Shown: positions 39,001 to 53,100 of the stretch, one piece after another
How positions within the stretch are numbered: position 1 is the first letter of the stretch
Layout of the letters: every line of letters begins with the position of its first letter
Source: Nitrospirales bacterium
GTDB lineage: Bacteria > Nitrospirota > Nitrospiria > Nitrospirales > UBA8639
Assembly: GCA_965203295.1 (NCBI GenBank)
Contig: CBDBCZ010000018.1
Location: 928,001 to 992,000 of the forward strand
DNA length: 64,000 nt
Direction: 5' to 3'
Program-made: the position numbers and the translations under genes
The notes under the pieces: generated by a model
Seen by the model: only the letters and a program-made list of their open reading frames with translations
The model's database searches: none
What the model was told of the DNA's origin: nothing

Positions 39001-42000
39001 CAAGGTTAGTAAGGCCTTGAAATGGTAGATTTGAGGCTATCACAAACTTGACACCTCAGCTTGTACGCATTATAAATAATAAATTTTATGCTCTCAAAAA
39101 TAGCTTTTAATTACATGTGCTCTCTATGGACAATGGATGCTTCATACCAAAACTGCAACATTAGATGATGCATATTGTTAATAGTACGTTAACATACCTT
39201 CTCTGTCTTCAATCACAACTCGAATTGTTGGAATTGCAAACGTATTGGGGGCTGCAGCATTCAGTGCAGCACGTGCAGCAGCATTGGCACCCGTCAGAGT
39301 CAGTGTGAAATCTTCAGGTCGCTCCAATGCTATTCTGTCAACTCGAATGAGGGTCTGAATGCTGGCTGGTACAGTAGCATCATCTATTGTAACACTCCTA
39401 GAACCAGATGGAACTATGAAGTCAGAGTTGGCACCCTCCCCTGCAATGGATAGAGGTTGGAGCATTTAGCTACTGCATCCATCATATACATGTCATGTCA
39501 TGTCATTGTAGATTTCACAGTAGTTTGTGTAGTCTGAAAATGCTAATTAAGAAAAGAAGGAAAGTGGCTGCCATGGGAGCCAAACAGACTATATAGTGAA
39601 ACCATGTAGAGGTAGGCAGAGGAAGACTTGGAAGAGAGTAATTATTTCCACTGCCTACCTCAGTGGCGTAGGAAGCGTAGCGGCCGTAGCGGCCATGGCC
39701 GCTACACTTTTTTGGCCAAAAAAAAAAAAAAAAATCAATCGCTGCTGAACGTCTACGACAGCGGAAACCGCGCCTACATCAATAAACTATGGATTATTGC
39801 GCATGCGCTCTAGATGCGCGCGTAGTCTCGCGAAGTTAAGTTGTACGAAGCTAATGTGCTCGATCGTGATTCGCGACCGTCTTAGTGTAATCGTTCGGCG
39901 AGGTGCTACTTTGAGTTGTCGCTGTCTGGAACGTGAAGTGAGCCCTGTAGCTAGTCCTTTATTATATTGCTAGCAGCTAGGCCTATTTATTATAACCAGC
40001 TACAATGAGTGGCCCTAGTTTAGCTGCAGATCTAGGTAGCTATATTGGCTCAAAGTTGCTCAGAAACCACCTCAGAAGCGCTATAAATTCAAAATTTTCC
40101 TGGGGGGGGGCATGCCCCCAGACCCCCCTAGTAGGTGCGTGCTTTGCACACACATTTTATATTGATACTTGGATGTCTGCTACCAATGGCCTCTCCACTT
40201 CTTATTTGCTTCCTACACCACTGTACCTCTATGTGTTTTCACTGCCCACACATTATCCCACCATTTAGGTGCACTCTTAGCTATCCTCCTACCTCTTAAG
40301 GATTAGAGCTCTAACCCAAAACCCTCCTCATACTGCTTCATTGCACATTTTAAAAGAGCAACCAAATACCTTAATAGCAACTTTAATCTCTGATCCACAT
40401 CCTTTCTTCATAGTGAAAAACCAAGGGTTCTGCAAATTCCTGTAGTGCATGAGCTTCTTTCTGCAGTATCATACACACACAACAAAACTTGATACACTAT
40501 TAATAGCTGTTTATACATGTACATGCGAATGGTGGACAGACATAATTAGTATAATATCTGTTGCTACTTCCGGAATCATTGTGCGTTGTTGCATTAGCCA
40601 GCTCAATCAGTCTTGTATACATCCAAGCTGAATGGCCATGAGTTGTTGGATGACTGTGAAAATTACTCACTTGCTGTTCCTGGTGTTACTGTGACAGTGA
40701 AGCGTAATTGTCTTCTAGCATCCTGCTGCAAAAATTCTTCAAAAAGTGCTCCTTTAATAAACCCTGCTTCCAGTACATAAACATCACCACGCTCTTCAAT
40801 TGAAATGTCAGGCCCATCAAGCCATCCAAACACTGCCGTGACAGAGATATGCACGGCATGAGTGAGAGTGCCTCGTATAGTGTGCTAAATAGCAAGACAG
40901 GGTGGCAAACAGAGCAAGGTGCATACATCTATGCAAATTTAGATTCTGATTGAAATTTCTTCTTCTAGTTATGCAGACTGCAGTAGTCCAGGTAGTGACA
41001 CTTTTGCTATGAATGTAGGGAGGGTCTGGGGCTGAGACTACTTTAAAATTTAGCAGGCATCACTAAAATTAATTAGAACTACTTTGAGTTTAGAGATAAC
41101 ACAGGGACAGATTATTTAAAGTGCACCAGCTAGCAGGAAAACTGTAGCTATACGTGGGCAATCTGAATCATTCGGGGCAGAGATATGGGGGGGGGGGGGA
41201 GGGGGGATCTGTGTGGATTAATATTCTGCTTCTTCATGAAATCTAGAATCCAATGTGTATCATATTTGAAAGCTCTGCTTTTGAGCTGCACTAGTCATGT
41301 ATGTGCATTTGCTTCGTCTATGATCATGCACAGGGTTACATCCTCCCCCCCCCCCCTTATTGGCAGTTGTCTCCTCCTGTCATTAGATCATATTGCAAAG
41401 GGTCTGTAGTGAAGATGTGAAAGCTGCACCCACTTCCAGTCATCAATGTTTTGGTGGTAGTTTATCCGAATATATAGACAATTGTGTCCAATCATTCAAT
41501 ATAATGTACAAAACTTCTCACAACTACCCAAATTTCTACCACTGAGGACCATTATTTGGTTATCAGTATAAGAAGTGTGACACTAGCAATATAGTGACAC
41601 TAGCAGTATAGTGCATTAAATTTACATTACTGTGCATGCAGCCCTCAGAATTGTGAAAGAAGTAGCTAAAGCCATATCATGGAGTACGGTAGTACTCCAT
41701 ATGTAGGGATGGGCCTGCAAAAAAATGGCTTCCCCATTAAATGTGTACAAAATGACATGTTAAGAACTCTGCTGTAGGCAAAGTCTAGGGCTAATATGAG
41801 CCCTATCAGTTATTCTCGAGCGTTGTCATCATTAGCGAGACTGTTAACTCTGCTGAAGAATATCTCTAAAGTACCAAAGCGGCAAGTGGCTAAAACGGGC
41901 AGACGGTCTATCTTGTCGTTCTCGTTCTTTCAGACAGGATAGCACAATAATGGCTGAAGTGATTAGAAAGATTCCAACACGAACGGGCATGATTGACCCT

Positions 42001-44333
42001 CGGGTAGTGCCTTTTGGGTATAGCGCCTTCACTGAACTGGATTTAGTTCAGCAGTGATAACGAGCACTCTCGAGTGGACGCTTGCCACTCACACGCCATT
42101 TTACTGTAAGATGATACGCATGCGCAAATTGCCTGCCAGCACGTGTTCAGTGGTCTATTTAAAGCCTACCTTGGATCGAGTGGAAGTGTGGAGGTGCCTA
42201 AAATTCGTGTATTTGCTGATCTTCTTGGGTATTTTGCATGCAGTATGCCTAGTTCAACGACTCAGCCTATCAGCATGTTCAGAGAGCCTGTACACTTCCC
42301 ATTGATGACAAACTAATGGCAGATGTGTAGTAGCCAATGAAATCAGCAGCTCTGAATATGAAGGCAGTAAGGGCCAGCAGCCTGTGAAATGGCACTGTAG
42401 TAGTGAGTGCAACACAGTCACTGAAGCAGAAGTAGCTGCCATAGTTCACCTCAAGCAGGCATTTGAGGACACTTCTCACCCAATTCACCCCAACACAACT
42501 CTGCACTTTATACTGATGACCTCAACAACACCCAGTATCATTCTACTCGTGCCAATACGTTAACATACTTCCATACATCTGCAACACTATACATCACAAC
42601 ACTTCTTTATACACAATAAAACACCCCACATGTACATCCTTGTACACAAATACAAAACAATCCAAACTCAGAAATCTACTGGCCAACCCCACTCATAATA
42701 ACATCAACACTCCATAACACTCCAAATCCTTTCATGCCATCTCCCCAAAAAAACGCCCCAAAACAAGTTACAGAAAAAGCACTTCCCAAAAAGTGCAAAA
42801 ACCAGTCATGTAGGGGTGCACTTCCAGCAAAAAACACTTCCCCAAAAACCAACGAAACAAGCGACAATGCCCACCGGAAGGCGTGCACAGACTACCCACA
42901 CATCACAGCGCGATGCATTTACCGCGTACCTACCATCCCTACATCTTTCCAACCACACCCACCACAAGCCATACCACACACCTATACACAACACCCTTCA
43001 ACACACACCACCATCCACAATCATCACCATCCTCAACTGTTATACCACAACAACCACCCTCACATCCACATCCACATCCACAATGATTATATACTTCACA
43101 AAACACAACGCCCCATGCTACAGCCAACCCAAATCTCCACAGCAACACTACTCCCATCAAAACCCACTCTGCTCCGTAAATCACACTCACAAGCATAAAC
43201 CAACCAGAGACACAACACGCAACACTCCCAATATCAACGCAACAAACCTTCACACCAACACGAACAACACACCACATTCAACTCCACAACTCCCAATCTA
43301 GCTACACTTTACCAAACACTTGCACCCACATCGACCTCCCCTTTAAAGAACATCCACACACACCACAACACTCAACCATGCATTTCCAAACACTCCCAAA
43401 CCCCTATACAAACACCACCCTCAACCACTCCACTCACTTGTCCAACATCTACACAATCAACACTTTCACCTATCATGCGCCAACACATGCACTCACTCAG
43501 TAGCAGCACATATACACACAGACACTACCACTATTCCCATCTCACTAGACATCATTGGAGGGGTGTGGTTGGAAAGATGTAGGGATGGTAGGTACGCGGT
43601 AAATGCATCGCGCTGTGATGTGTGGGTAGTCTGTGCACGCCTTCCGGTGGGCATTGTCGCTTGTTTCGTTGGTTTTTGGGGAAGTGTTTTTTGCTGGAAG
43701 TGCACCCCTACATGACTGGTTTTTGCACTTTTTGGGAAGTGCTTTTTCTGTAACTTGTTTTTATTGTATAGCAATTGCACTGTAGCAACTTACCAATGCA
43801 GGCTTGACAGGATTGGTCCCCAGATGTCTGCCTGTAGAACTGCCCAGAAGAGAATTGTGTGCAGCATTCTTCAATGCTTCCGGCTATGAACCTAGCATCA
43901 GAGCTTCTACACCTTAATTCACCGGCAGTTGAAGGAGAAATGAAGCATTGGACTGGTTGTGTACTTACTAAAAGGGAGAGAAGAATTCTGGTGATACTGC
44001 TGTGCTACAAACCTTAAAAAACCTTTCTCCTTGGCTCCTTATATGTTTTGCAGACAGTTCTTTGTAAATACCATACAAAGAACTAGTGGAAAGTTCACAC
44101 TGAATGAAAAGGACTGACATTACTCCACCCACTGACAGACAAACTGTAGCTACTGATTAAGATGTTCCTGAGTGAGCCTCACACTAGCGATGTCCAAGTC
44201 TGCCTCATTCACACAGTGAGTGTAGTCAGTAAATTAGCTGCTAACTCTAATAATGTACACAAGAGTCACCTTTTGTCACTAAGGCAGTGAGAAGGCAAGT
44301 TGCAAGCAAAGCCACTGCACCATGTAGCGACAT
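30032..44333 (-). CDS. Gene C: secreted protein, ~1018 aa, 16 exons; signal peptide + 6-Cys module + 7 Calx-beta-like domains + Cys/Arg tail, no sushi
   Basis: Exons: 44270-44333 (MSLHGAVALLATCLLTALVTK), 43794-43967, 40671-40832, 39198-39440, 37645-37860, 37358-37573, 34112-34522, 33707-33865, 33408-33644, 32602-32757, 32076-32288, 31314-31451, 31043-31252, 30828-30968, 30463-30663, 30032-30147 (HCPAAGVPQNFLLSNDPLAIYCVDVCYRRFRRGRLCPR*). Total 3057 nt, all introns phase 1 and GT-AG. Confidence 0.85.
34650..35500 (-). mobile_element. 5'-truncated, degenerate non-LTR retrotransposon (LINE) 3' end
   Basis: The minus strand translates FKFRSGT/NGLNEKLGRHRGKNCDRQCKLCGEECQSVEHVLWECPVYDTIRNTF, a CCHC knuckle typical of the LINE ORF2 C-terminus. 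Frameshifted; absent from the gene B intron. Boundaries approximate. Confidence 0.7.
35214..35445. mobile_element. ~230-bp fold-back MITE inserted in the LINE fragment
   Basis: ~100-bp imperfect inverted arms (ATGCACTTTCACAAAAACAAAGGAA... / ...TTCCTTTGTTTTTGTGGAAGTGCAT). Confidence 0.75.
35650..36160 (-). repeat. Dispersed repeat: inverted copy of the head module of the 41649/55021 family (fragment also at ~6280-6450)
   Basis: Shares AATCATGCCCGTTCGTGTTGG, CATTATTGTGCTAGCCTGGCT and CCATCCCTACATGTGGAGTAC with the reverse complement of 41675-42110. Confidence 0.65.
38252..38420. repeat. 21-bp tandem repeat (TGTAATCAGCTGTCAGTGTTA x3) and 30-bp palindromic repeat (GGGCAATATATATATATTGCCC x2)
   Basis: Read directly; part of a ~570-bp insertion (~37915-38495) absent from gene B. 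Confidence 0.8.
39661..40223. mobile_element. MITE with CAGTGG termini and 5-bp TSD
   Basis: TIR CAGTGGCGTAGGAAGC (15/16 match), TSD TACCT, and an empty site at ~53645 in gene B. Confidence 0.8.
41649..43785. mobile_element. Unclassified ~2.1-kb element ending in a ~200-bp inverted repeat around an A+C-rich spacer
   Basis: Near its start is ATATCATGGAGTACGGTAGTACTCCATATGTAGGGATGG. 42760-42960 is inverted at 43561-43761. A related element lies at 55021-57437. Confidence 0.6.
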
Positions 44334-46781
44334 CCTACCATCCAGCAATATTGCCTTATCAATAGCTAGTGTTCAATTACAAAAGTTAACGCCACAGAAA
44401 AGGCAAACTAAACTAAGTTAAACTTGCCGTTGATTGTTTATATTGAGACATGCTGTTTTGTACAAGAAATGAATTCCTTATTTGTGCACATGCATGCTGA
44501 TAATCGTGCAAGCGGGGGCATTGTTCAGCTTATGAACATTTACTCTACTCAATTGAATGCATGGAATACAATCACCTTATTTTATGGTCTGGGCAAGAAT
44601 CATATAGTCACGAACATGCATGGGCAAAGGTAAAATTCATACTTTATGTTTTTTTAGTATTTTACAATCAATGTAAGTATCCTCATTTCTAGGCTCCCCC
44701 ATGTACATTTGCAAAAAAAAGCAAAAAAAAAGAAAATGGAAGTTAGGAGAGAGACAATGCGAGTATCCTCGTTTCTAGGCAAAAAAAAAACAACAGAAAT
44801 TAGGAAAAAAAGAGTCTGGTAGATATTAAAATGTGTGCGGCCTGACATGACATTGGGTAGAGGTTGGACAATAACGAAAAGAACACTAGGACAGACCATG
44901 ATGTGTATTATCAGTCTCATCACTGTCAGTACTCCTCCACACTGCATTACACCATAGCAACACTTGTTGTAGCGATGTTGTGCTGTCGCCTGGAATTCTG
45001 AAGTCTTGGATTCCTTGTCAAAACAGTTAGCTACATATATCTGCACCCAATAGTAGGTTATACACCTAATAAGCGCATGTGGGCTTTAGGAACCTATGTA
45101 ACCAATATCCTTTAGCCAATCATGTTTGATGTAATGTGAGGTTGCCTATGTTCATTCCAGTATCTATGCCACACAGTAGATAATGCTAATGGGTGTTGTT
45201 TATCAGTCTGGTCGCTGTAGCAGAAACATAAACAGACTTGTTTGAGTCTACAATGCCTGCCTCCGTTGCAGGAGTAAGAATGTGTGTGTGGGTTTTACTT
45301 AGCTAATGGACATAGAATTAGCTGAGTGCTACTGTGGAGTTATTTTGCAACCCTCATCCCAGTCCTGGTTTATGGGTTAGCTACACTGTTCATACGGATC
45401 AATCCATATTTTAGGTACATCTTGTGAAAGTAGCTACATGCAATTAGGATCCTGAATGAGAGAGAATGAACTGGGAAGTTGGGGAAGGGAGGAGATTATG
45501 GAAGAGTAGTCAGTGAACAGTTGAGGTAAAAATATTATGTCTACCAAAAATAGGTCACAAGAAAACTATAAACGTACATGTAGTTCTTAAGACTACATAA
45601 CTACATCATTATACAATCATCATTATACAATATCACTTGTTTTGTACAATTAGCCAGACCATACACCACCAATATACAGAAATTAATTAGATGTTAAAGA
45701 TAGATAGCTGATAGTCAGCTCTAGGCTGATCACACCCACTTGGTTTCATCCTGAGACAGTGCCTTCCAGAGTCCACTCCGGCTATTATCTTTTTCACTCA
45801 TAAAACATGTGACCAAAAATCAGGCAGTTGAGAGTTGATAACCTCATTCCCATGCAGGCTCCCCCCATATTAAAAAAAAGCAGTAGAAACAAGGTCAGAA
45901 ACTGGGACCAAACATGCACGCTAGACTACAAGATTATTTGGGTGCATAAGATGGAGACACGTACCTCACATTACGAACTATACAATACACTAGCTACATT
46001 CGGAGTAGCTATGAGCTCAAGGATGCTGATACAATGCACTGAATCTCTAAGAAGGGCCATGCATATGCAGGCTATGTAGACTCATACAGTATAATGATTA
46101 TATTAATGTGTACCATTATTCTATTTCAGCATACATTACTAGACCATACTATTATGGTGCAGAATAAGCCACATGAGTACGTGGAGTATGGGAATGGGAT
46201 TTTGGTACAAGCTGTTTTCAAGAATTTTTCTCTCTCTTCTCTCTTGCTCGATTCTGATGAGGTTAAAGAGGATGGAAAAGACACTCCATAGCTAATCAAA
46301 TCGTTATTATTGCTATATATGTTTGCAGTTTTATTCTACAATACTGAGACATCTAACACTACAGTGCATGACACATACTAGACAGAAAATTCAAGGTGTG
46401 TCTACAAAAGCTACATGCACATGTAATAAACAGCTTCTTATGAAGTGAGTCACACTAGTAGTGTTCTAAAGCACCACAGTTTGCAGCAGTGTCACTCATC
46501 AAGGACACAGTCTGCCCCTCCTGAACCTGCGGTAGCAGACATCAACGCAGTAGATGGCAAGAGGGTCATTTGATACCAGGAAGTTCTCGGGAACTCCAGC
46601 TGCAGGGCAGTCTGCGTGTGATGTAATAGTCTATGTAAGTAAAGGACAGATGAACTAAACCAGAAAACCTTTGATCTTGACTGCACAAGTTTTGAAACAA
46701 GAACAACTAGTCTAAGAATTGTATGTATTGGACACATACAGTATATAATATAAGTAACTTAGTAACTGTGGCCTTGTGATT

Positions 46782-47135
46782 ATTGCCGAGCAACTTAGCG
46801 CGAGGCAACTAATCCTGCATCGTATCTCAGCAAGCGTTTGTATAATACTATATATAAAAGACCAAAGAGCCACTAGCCCAGAGGTGCGTACACTTATTAG
46901 CTAACAACTGTTGCTCTTTTCGATGGAGAAACAGAAGTCACTACCGCATGAATTTTTGGCTTAGGAGAAGGATGCGCCACCTTACTTAGATTGTCGAACT
47001 CATCGAATTATCATGCACGTTTAGCTATTTCTCCCTTCTCTGTCGAATTCTCATAGCATTAAACACGTGCTACCAAACCACACCTACTGAATGCTCGTGC
47101 GTGAGGCTTACACTGCGTATGCATATCTGTAGTTT
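46782..47135. mobile_element. Probable small insertion element in the last intron of gene B
   Basis: ~350 bp absent from the same intron in genes A and C. Starts TTGCCGAG..GAGGCAA and ends CTGTAGTTT in a T-rich site. Confidence 0.45.
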
Positions 47136-50100
47136 AAAATACTATTATTCAAAGACAAAATTGCCAGATAGCTAGGCAATGCCTGCAAACTGTAATAAGG
47201 ATCATAAACTCACGATCATCTGATGTAATAACTATCCTTGTCTGGTTGCGTATGATGGAGACAGGCACCTCAGAGAATGCTACGTCCAACCTGACAAAGA
47301 AATGCTCGCTTGTTTCCAGGAAGTCGTCATTTACAATCTCAATTTCAGTAGTGTATGTAGTCATGAGTGAGCTAAACGTCAAATTCATGTCAACAGCACG
47401 ATAGTCATCTGGAGCTACATGAGAAAAAAAATGAACATAACACAATTAGAGAGTAGAAGATCAACATGCCATAACTAGTATTTTTCACATTATTTGTATC
47501 TGTGAAAATACTGAATTTACTCAGTAGGAGATAACCAGAATTGGTTAGTAGCAATTCTGTACATAGTCTTTGTAAATGATTTACTTGTAGCCACTCCATC
47601 TACTGTGTACATCCGAACAGTGATTGTTGTTTCCAATCTGCCTGATACCATCTGCACTGTCACTGGTACACCTCCAGTGCCTTCACTTTCACGATGACGA
47701 GCTTGAGTGAAGCCAATGGCAATGCCTGCACAGATAAAAAGTATGAATATTCATTGTGCATAATTGCAAATTATATGAATTATCCATACCATCATTATCG
47801 ACAATCATCACAGTTGCAGTAGAAATGTCTCCCAGCGCCACTTGTGTGTCTCCACTTTGAACACCAAGCTCAACACTAAAGCTTTCCATGCCCTCTGCTA
47901 TGCTATCATCTATAATTTGGACTGTGAGAGTTTGCAGCTGTTGATCACCACCAGGTGGTAGTGTTAATGTCTGAGTTAGGACTGTAAAATCTCCAGCTGC
48001 ATTTAAGAGACAATGGTGGGAAGCACTTTGCAGATAAAATGAAATTATACTATCTTACCTGTTGCACTCATCAGGTTTACAGTAACGGTGGCTTGCAGTG
48101 GAATGTTATGATTTCCTCTCTTGTCGACAGTCAGTACCACCGTTCCATCAGCTTCACCTACAGTGTACTCAGGTTGAGTGAACTGCACAGTCACCACTGC
48201 AGGTGAAAATTGTTGTTAGGATTAACTTTGTAGTGGCAGTGGTATGTGCATAATCGATGGTCATTCAAAATAATATTTATAACTATTCATGCAATTTATG
48301 CAGTAGCTCTTAATGGGCCATCTTCAAGAATGATATTTATAATATCATCTCATGATTGCAGTTGTTATTTTTGCGATATAGGCTGGCTCCCATCTCAAAT
48401 TAGCATACATCCGCAGCACTTGCACGCTTGAACACTATACTCACACTTGGTAGTGAAGATATTATGAAGAAAATGAAACAGCAGGGTTCTATCCAGGATT
48501 TTTTTTGTTTGGGGAGAAGATCCTGAAAGTGGTGGTTGGCGTGGTCACAGTTTTTATAGGGGGTCCAGGGGCATGCCCCCCACCCACACACACACACACA
48601 GCTGAGAGTTGTTCTGCAACAATCTGAGAAATTTCAAAGTGCTAGTCGCTGTGGGTACTACAAACAATTTTTTTTTGTTGTAAGTCGTACCTGCCCCTGT
48701 TTAGGCCTTTCTTTTTTCCTGCCTATTTTACTTTTTGTGTGCTTTATATTTGTACCCATTTTGCTTTTTATCGTACTCATTTTGCTTCTTACTTTAGTCT
48801 AAAGCCATGAGTGACAGAGGAAGTGCTTATCATAATAATTATGCAAAACCTAATCACTATTTCACGGATGCTAATTTTTTCTATTCTTTACACCACTAAA
48901 AAATTGTGAAAGTCATGCAAAAACCAATAGCAAGGATGTAAATATGCAATAAATCATCAAACTAGAATAATAATGGACTGTTCATGGTACTCTAACTAAG
49001 TAAAGTAAAATATATTTATTTCCTAATCAACTACTAAGTGTACAGCCTTTAAGGAGGTGTATAGTGAGGTTACTTACAGTCATTATCCATTATTTCAACG
49101 ACAGTCAGATCTGGCTCCAAGAAAACGTTTAGAGGTAGTCCATCTGGATGACTGAAAGCATCTGGAACTACCTGCACAGTTAAATTCTCAGTTGCTTCTA
49201 ACAGATCATCATCCTCAATAGACACTTCGATGCAAGTTCGATTGTTGGTAGCAGTGATGTCATCGAAGAAAAGATCCTCAACCGTCAGTTCCTGATAGTC
49301 TCCAGGGTCTACATGATGTGAAAAGAGTACGTCTAAAACCAAATGAGACCTGTGATAGTAAGAATAACCAACCTGCAGCAGTGCCCCTGATGGTAATTGC
49401 AGCAAGGGTGATAATGTTGTCTTGTGGAAATACATTACCAGTGACATTCAGAGTACGAACGCAGATTTCAAGAATTCCCTGCCCCTCACTCACGGAGGTA
49501 AATGTTTCTTCCCACCCAATTAACACAATTGCTGCAAAAGAGATTCAACATTACAATACTTGAAATTACTCATTGACTTACAGTATACCAACTAACCATC
49601 ATCATCAACAATGAAAATCTGTGTAGTAGCAAAGAGAGTACTGCCGTCGGCATGTTGGCCGCCGATATCGATATTCAACCCTGATTCTTCATGTGACAGT
49701 TCAACACGAAACACCGCAAGTAGTTCAGCTTCATTATCATCAAGTAGTTCAAAAATGTAGGATAAGCTTTGTTGATCCGGTGAGAACTCACGGGACTGAA
49801 CCAGAAGAGTAATTATATCTCTGCCCGTGAAATCCTGTTGATCAATATTTGCAGCACTTGGACCACGTCCTGTAATTGTGTTGATTGTTATCTCAAACGT
49901 CAACTCCGACTGCTGATTGCTCCCTTTGATGACTGGGATTCTAGTTAGATCACCAGTAGCATTTAAAAATTCAGAAACTGTGTAGCTGCTCTGCTCAAAT
50001 CCAATTATGAGAGCTGTGTAAAAGAAGTTAAACAGCAAATAATCTATAGCCTCGTACCCAACTTCTTCAACTTTACTGGAGGAAGAAAGTCTGTGCAAAG

Positions 50101-53100
50101 GAATTCACGACCACATCATAGCAACCTCATCAAACCTGCCCACTTATATATGCACAATGTCATGCAATACTGAATGTCCAGTATCAGTGCTTAGTTCCTG
50201 CATTATTGTATGTTCCTCTATAATAAGACATAGTATTGCATGCCACAAGCAAGGACAATGAAACTTATTTTCCCCATTCTCTGCTGATGGAGTACGTATA
50301 ATGTTCTAACAGTCATGCATATCCTACACAGATTTATCAAAATTTAATATCTAACTGGGAGGGTGAACAGGTAGGTGGTCCGAAGAAGCTGACTGAATTG
50401 CAGTTCTGTGAATGTACTCACTGGGACATACATGTAAAGGAACATACAAAAGACATGAAGCACAAAGAACCGGGATACAGACAAAGACTCAGACAACAAA
50501 GCAGCAAGAAGGACATTAACATATGGTAATTGTGGTATCCTGCCGCTATGTCTCCTAGTGGCGAACCCACTAATCCGTACTGCGTCCTGAGCTCAGACGA
50601 CCGCTAACTCTCCAAATGGGTTCATCTTTACTGCAATTCTGATCTGCATAAAACCCTACTCTGAACAGACACACAGTACAAATAATATTGGGGAATGCAC
50701 AAAGACCTACTTACAAAGATACAGACACATTGACTGCACAACAAAGACAACAAAAGGACAATACAACAGGGGGGGGCTAGACAGCACAAAGTATAGGTGT
50801 TAACAGTAATCTAATTGTCACTATACTTACAGTAATAAACACCAATACACTACAGTCTCTTCCTTATGCTACTTGCAGCTTGTGTATAGTTGTTGTTTGG
50901 TATAGTACTTTCACTGGATCTTTCAAGCTTACATACTAGTATCGTTGCCATATAGCTAAGGAAGTTGTCACTTCACTTTTGCTTTGTTCCCCTTTCAGCA
51001 GTGCTTGCTGCAACTCTCTTCTATAACTGTGTGCCAGAATGGCATGCTGTCAAAATCTATTACACTAATCACTATCTTGCATAGCTCACTGCTGTATTCC
51101 TGCTTTACTTCTGACAACCTTCATCAATAAAATAACTAGGTGAATGCAAAGCATTGTGGGGCGATCAATATCTTGCATGGGTAGCTCTTTGCTTTATTTC
51201 TGTATTACCCCCTGACCACCTTCATAAATAAAATAATGAAATCTTAGTTCCCAACTTATGCTTTTCCTCCAGTTAGCATTAAAGCTAAGAAAGCTAGGAA
51301 CGACACTAGCAGAGTATTTATAACCACACCTAAACACTATATATATTTTGACCATATATGAATAATTAAAGAGGTAAAACCTTTGAAGGATGCCTGTTAG
51401 TCCAGGGCGTTTAAGTAGGTTGAATCCCTCAGCGCTTTAATTGCCTCACACTTCCTGATTGTTTATATAGTCTAAGTGGGATAGACACCTGGCTGAGTGC
51501 TTTAACCTACTTAAACACCCTTGGGAACCTTGGAAGTGCTAATTGTGTCTCGGCTGCGCCCTCGACCCAATTAACACTTCCTCGGTTCCCACTGGTGTTT
51601 AAGTAGGTTAAAACCCTCTAGCCAGGTATCTATCCTATACATAGCTTCTTTGCATTTACATTTATGGACAACAGAATCTGTATTATGATATTAACCCTTC
51701 TATTTCAAAGCATTGAATTCATTACTGCATGACATAACGGTACTATTCCTCTCATCCCGATACTGCTTTAAACAGTCCCTGCTCTCTATACCCTCATACC
51801 TACAAAAGCGAACTGTAGCCCACTCCCACACTTACGATCATCATCAATGATTCTTCCCAGAGTGGCAAAACGTCCACTTAGATCAACCCTAGCTGGATCC
51901 AATGCATCAACCACCTGTAAAAATATCACAAACAGTTGTTCCACCTCATTGATATCATCGTCCACTATTCCAATATCAATTATCCGAATATCTGCTCTTC
52001 CAGCTGGGAATGTGATTGTAATTTCAGTATTGTTGAAGTCCTGAATACCTATTGAAACAAGAGTTAATATCTGTATACACACTTCTTACATTGATATGCT
52101 TCTACTTACTTGTGGCATTGATTGGTCGTCTGGGATCGTAATTTGGAATATCAGGAATTACATCGAGGATGGGTGACTGTGAGTCATTCAAAGAAGTATA
52201 ATTCACTGGAACAGCCACTACAGTCAGGTCAGTGGCTATGTTAGTAAGCAGCTGCAGTAAAAGTGAGATTCTACCTGTTCCTTCGACATTTGAGTAGTCT
52301 GATTCAGTAAACTGGAGAACAGCCACTGGAGATGGAAGAGAGTTTGGAGCCCACGTAATATATATTAAATATGTGTGCAGATGTTTCATTGCTTAATGGT
52401 AATGCAAACACAATTTACTTATGAAAACTATAGTAAACACATTGTGACAAAGTCAACAACAATAACCAGTGAATCAACACAAGCCCACCAAACAGAGTAG
52501 TCCTTCCATGCAGTTGCACATGCTGGCCCAGTGCCAAATTTGATGAGACCCTGTTATTGCTGCTTCTGTTTTCCAGGCACTGCTAGGAATCATACCTAGG
52601 AACTTTGGTTAACACCCATTTTTACACCCTATAACAGAGGTTGTTGATACCTTGCAAGAAATTATAGAGTACAAGTGGTAAAAAACATAGACTGCCAGAG
52701 AAGCAGTAACTTGAATACCCCTAATTTTATCACTTCGAATTCATGTTACAATTTAGCATGTAATGGTTCACAGAGTGTTAAATTAAGCTGCAGAGTCAGA
52801 AACGTTCTAAATCAACTTGGAATTCCCAGAATCTGGTATGTACTGTATTCTGACTTGCAAGATGCTCCATATAAAGGGTATAACAATACTTAGTCAGGGA
52901 ACTCCTTTTGACAGATATTTGTACACTTGTATAAATAGAGAAGCTGTGAACACACGGTGCAGCTATCTATACTATTTAGAAAATCAAAATTACAGTGGTG
53001 ACAAGGCTAATTAGAAAGGACTTGAAATGTTAGATTTGGTGCAATCCCAAACTTGACCCCCCAGCACGTAAGTTTGAAAGCATTATGAATGATCACGTTA

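Noticed and set aside
42676..43301. His/Thr/Pro-rich and Val/Cys/Gly-rich ORFs (also 56211-56742)
   Set aside because: They are by-products of the stop-poor, A+C-skewed repeat body, and the frames are not conserved between the two copies.
44072..44120. MSVLFIQCELSTSSLY as the first coding exon of gene C
   Set aside because: It is a poor signal peptide and is not frame-conserved in paralogs; a better conserved signal exon lies at 44270-44333.
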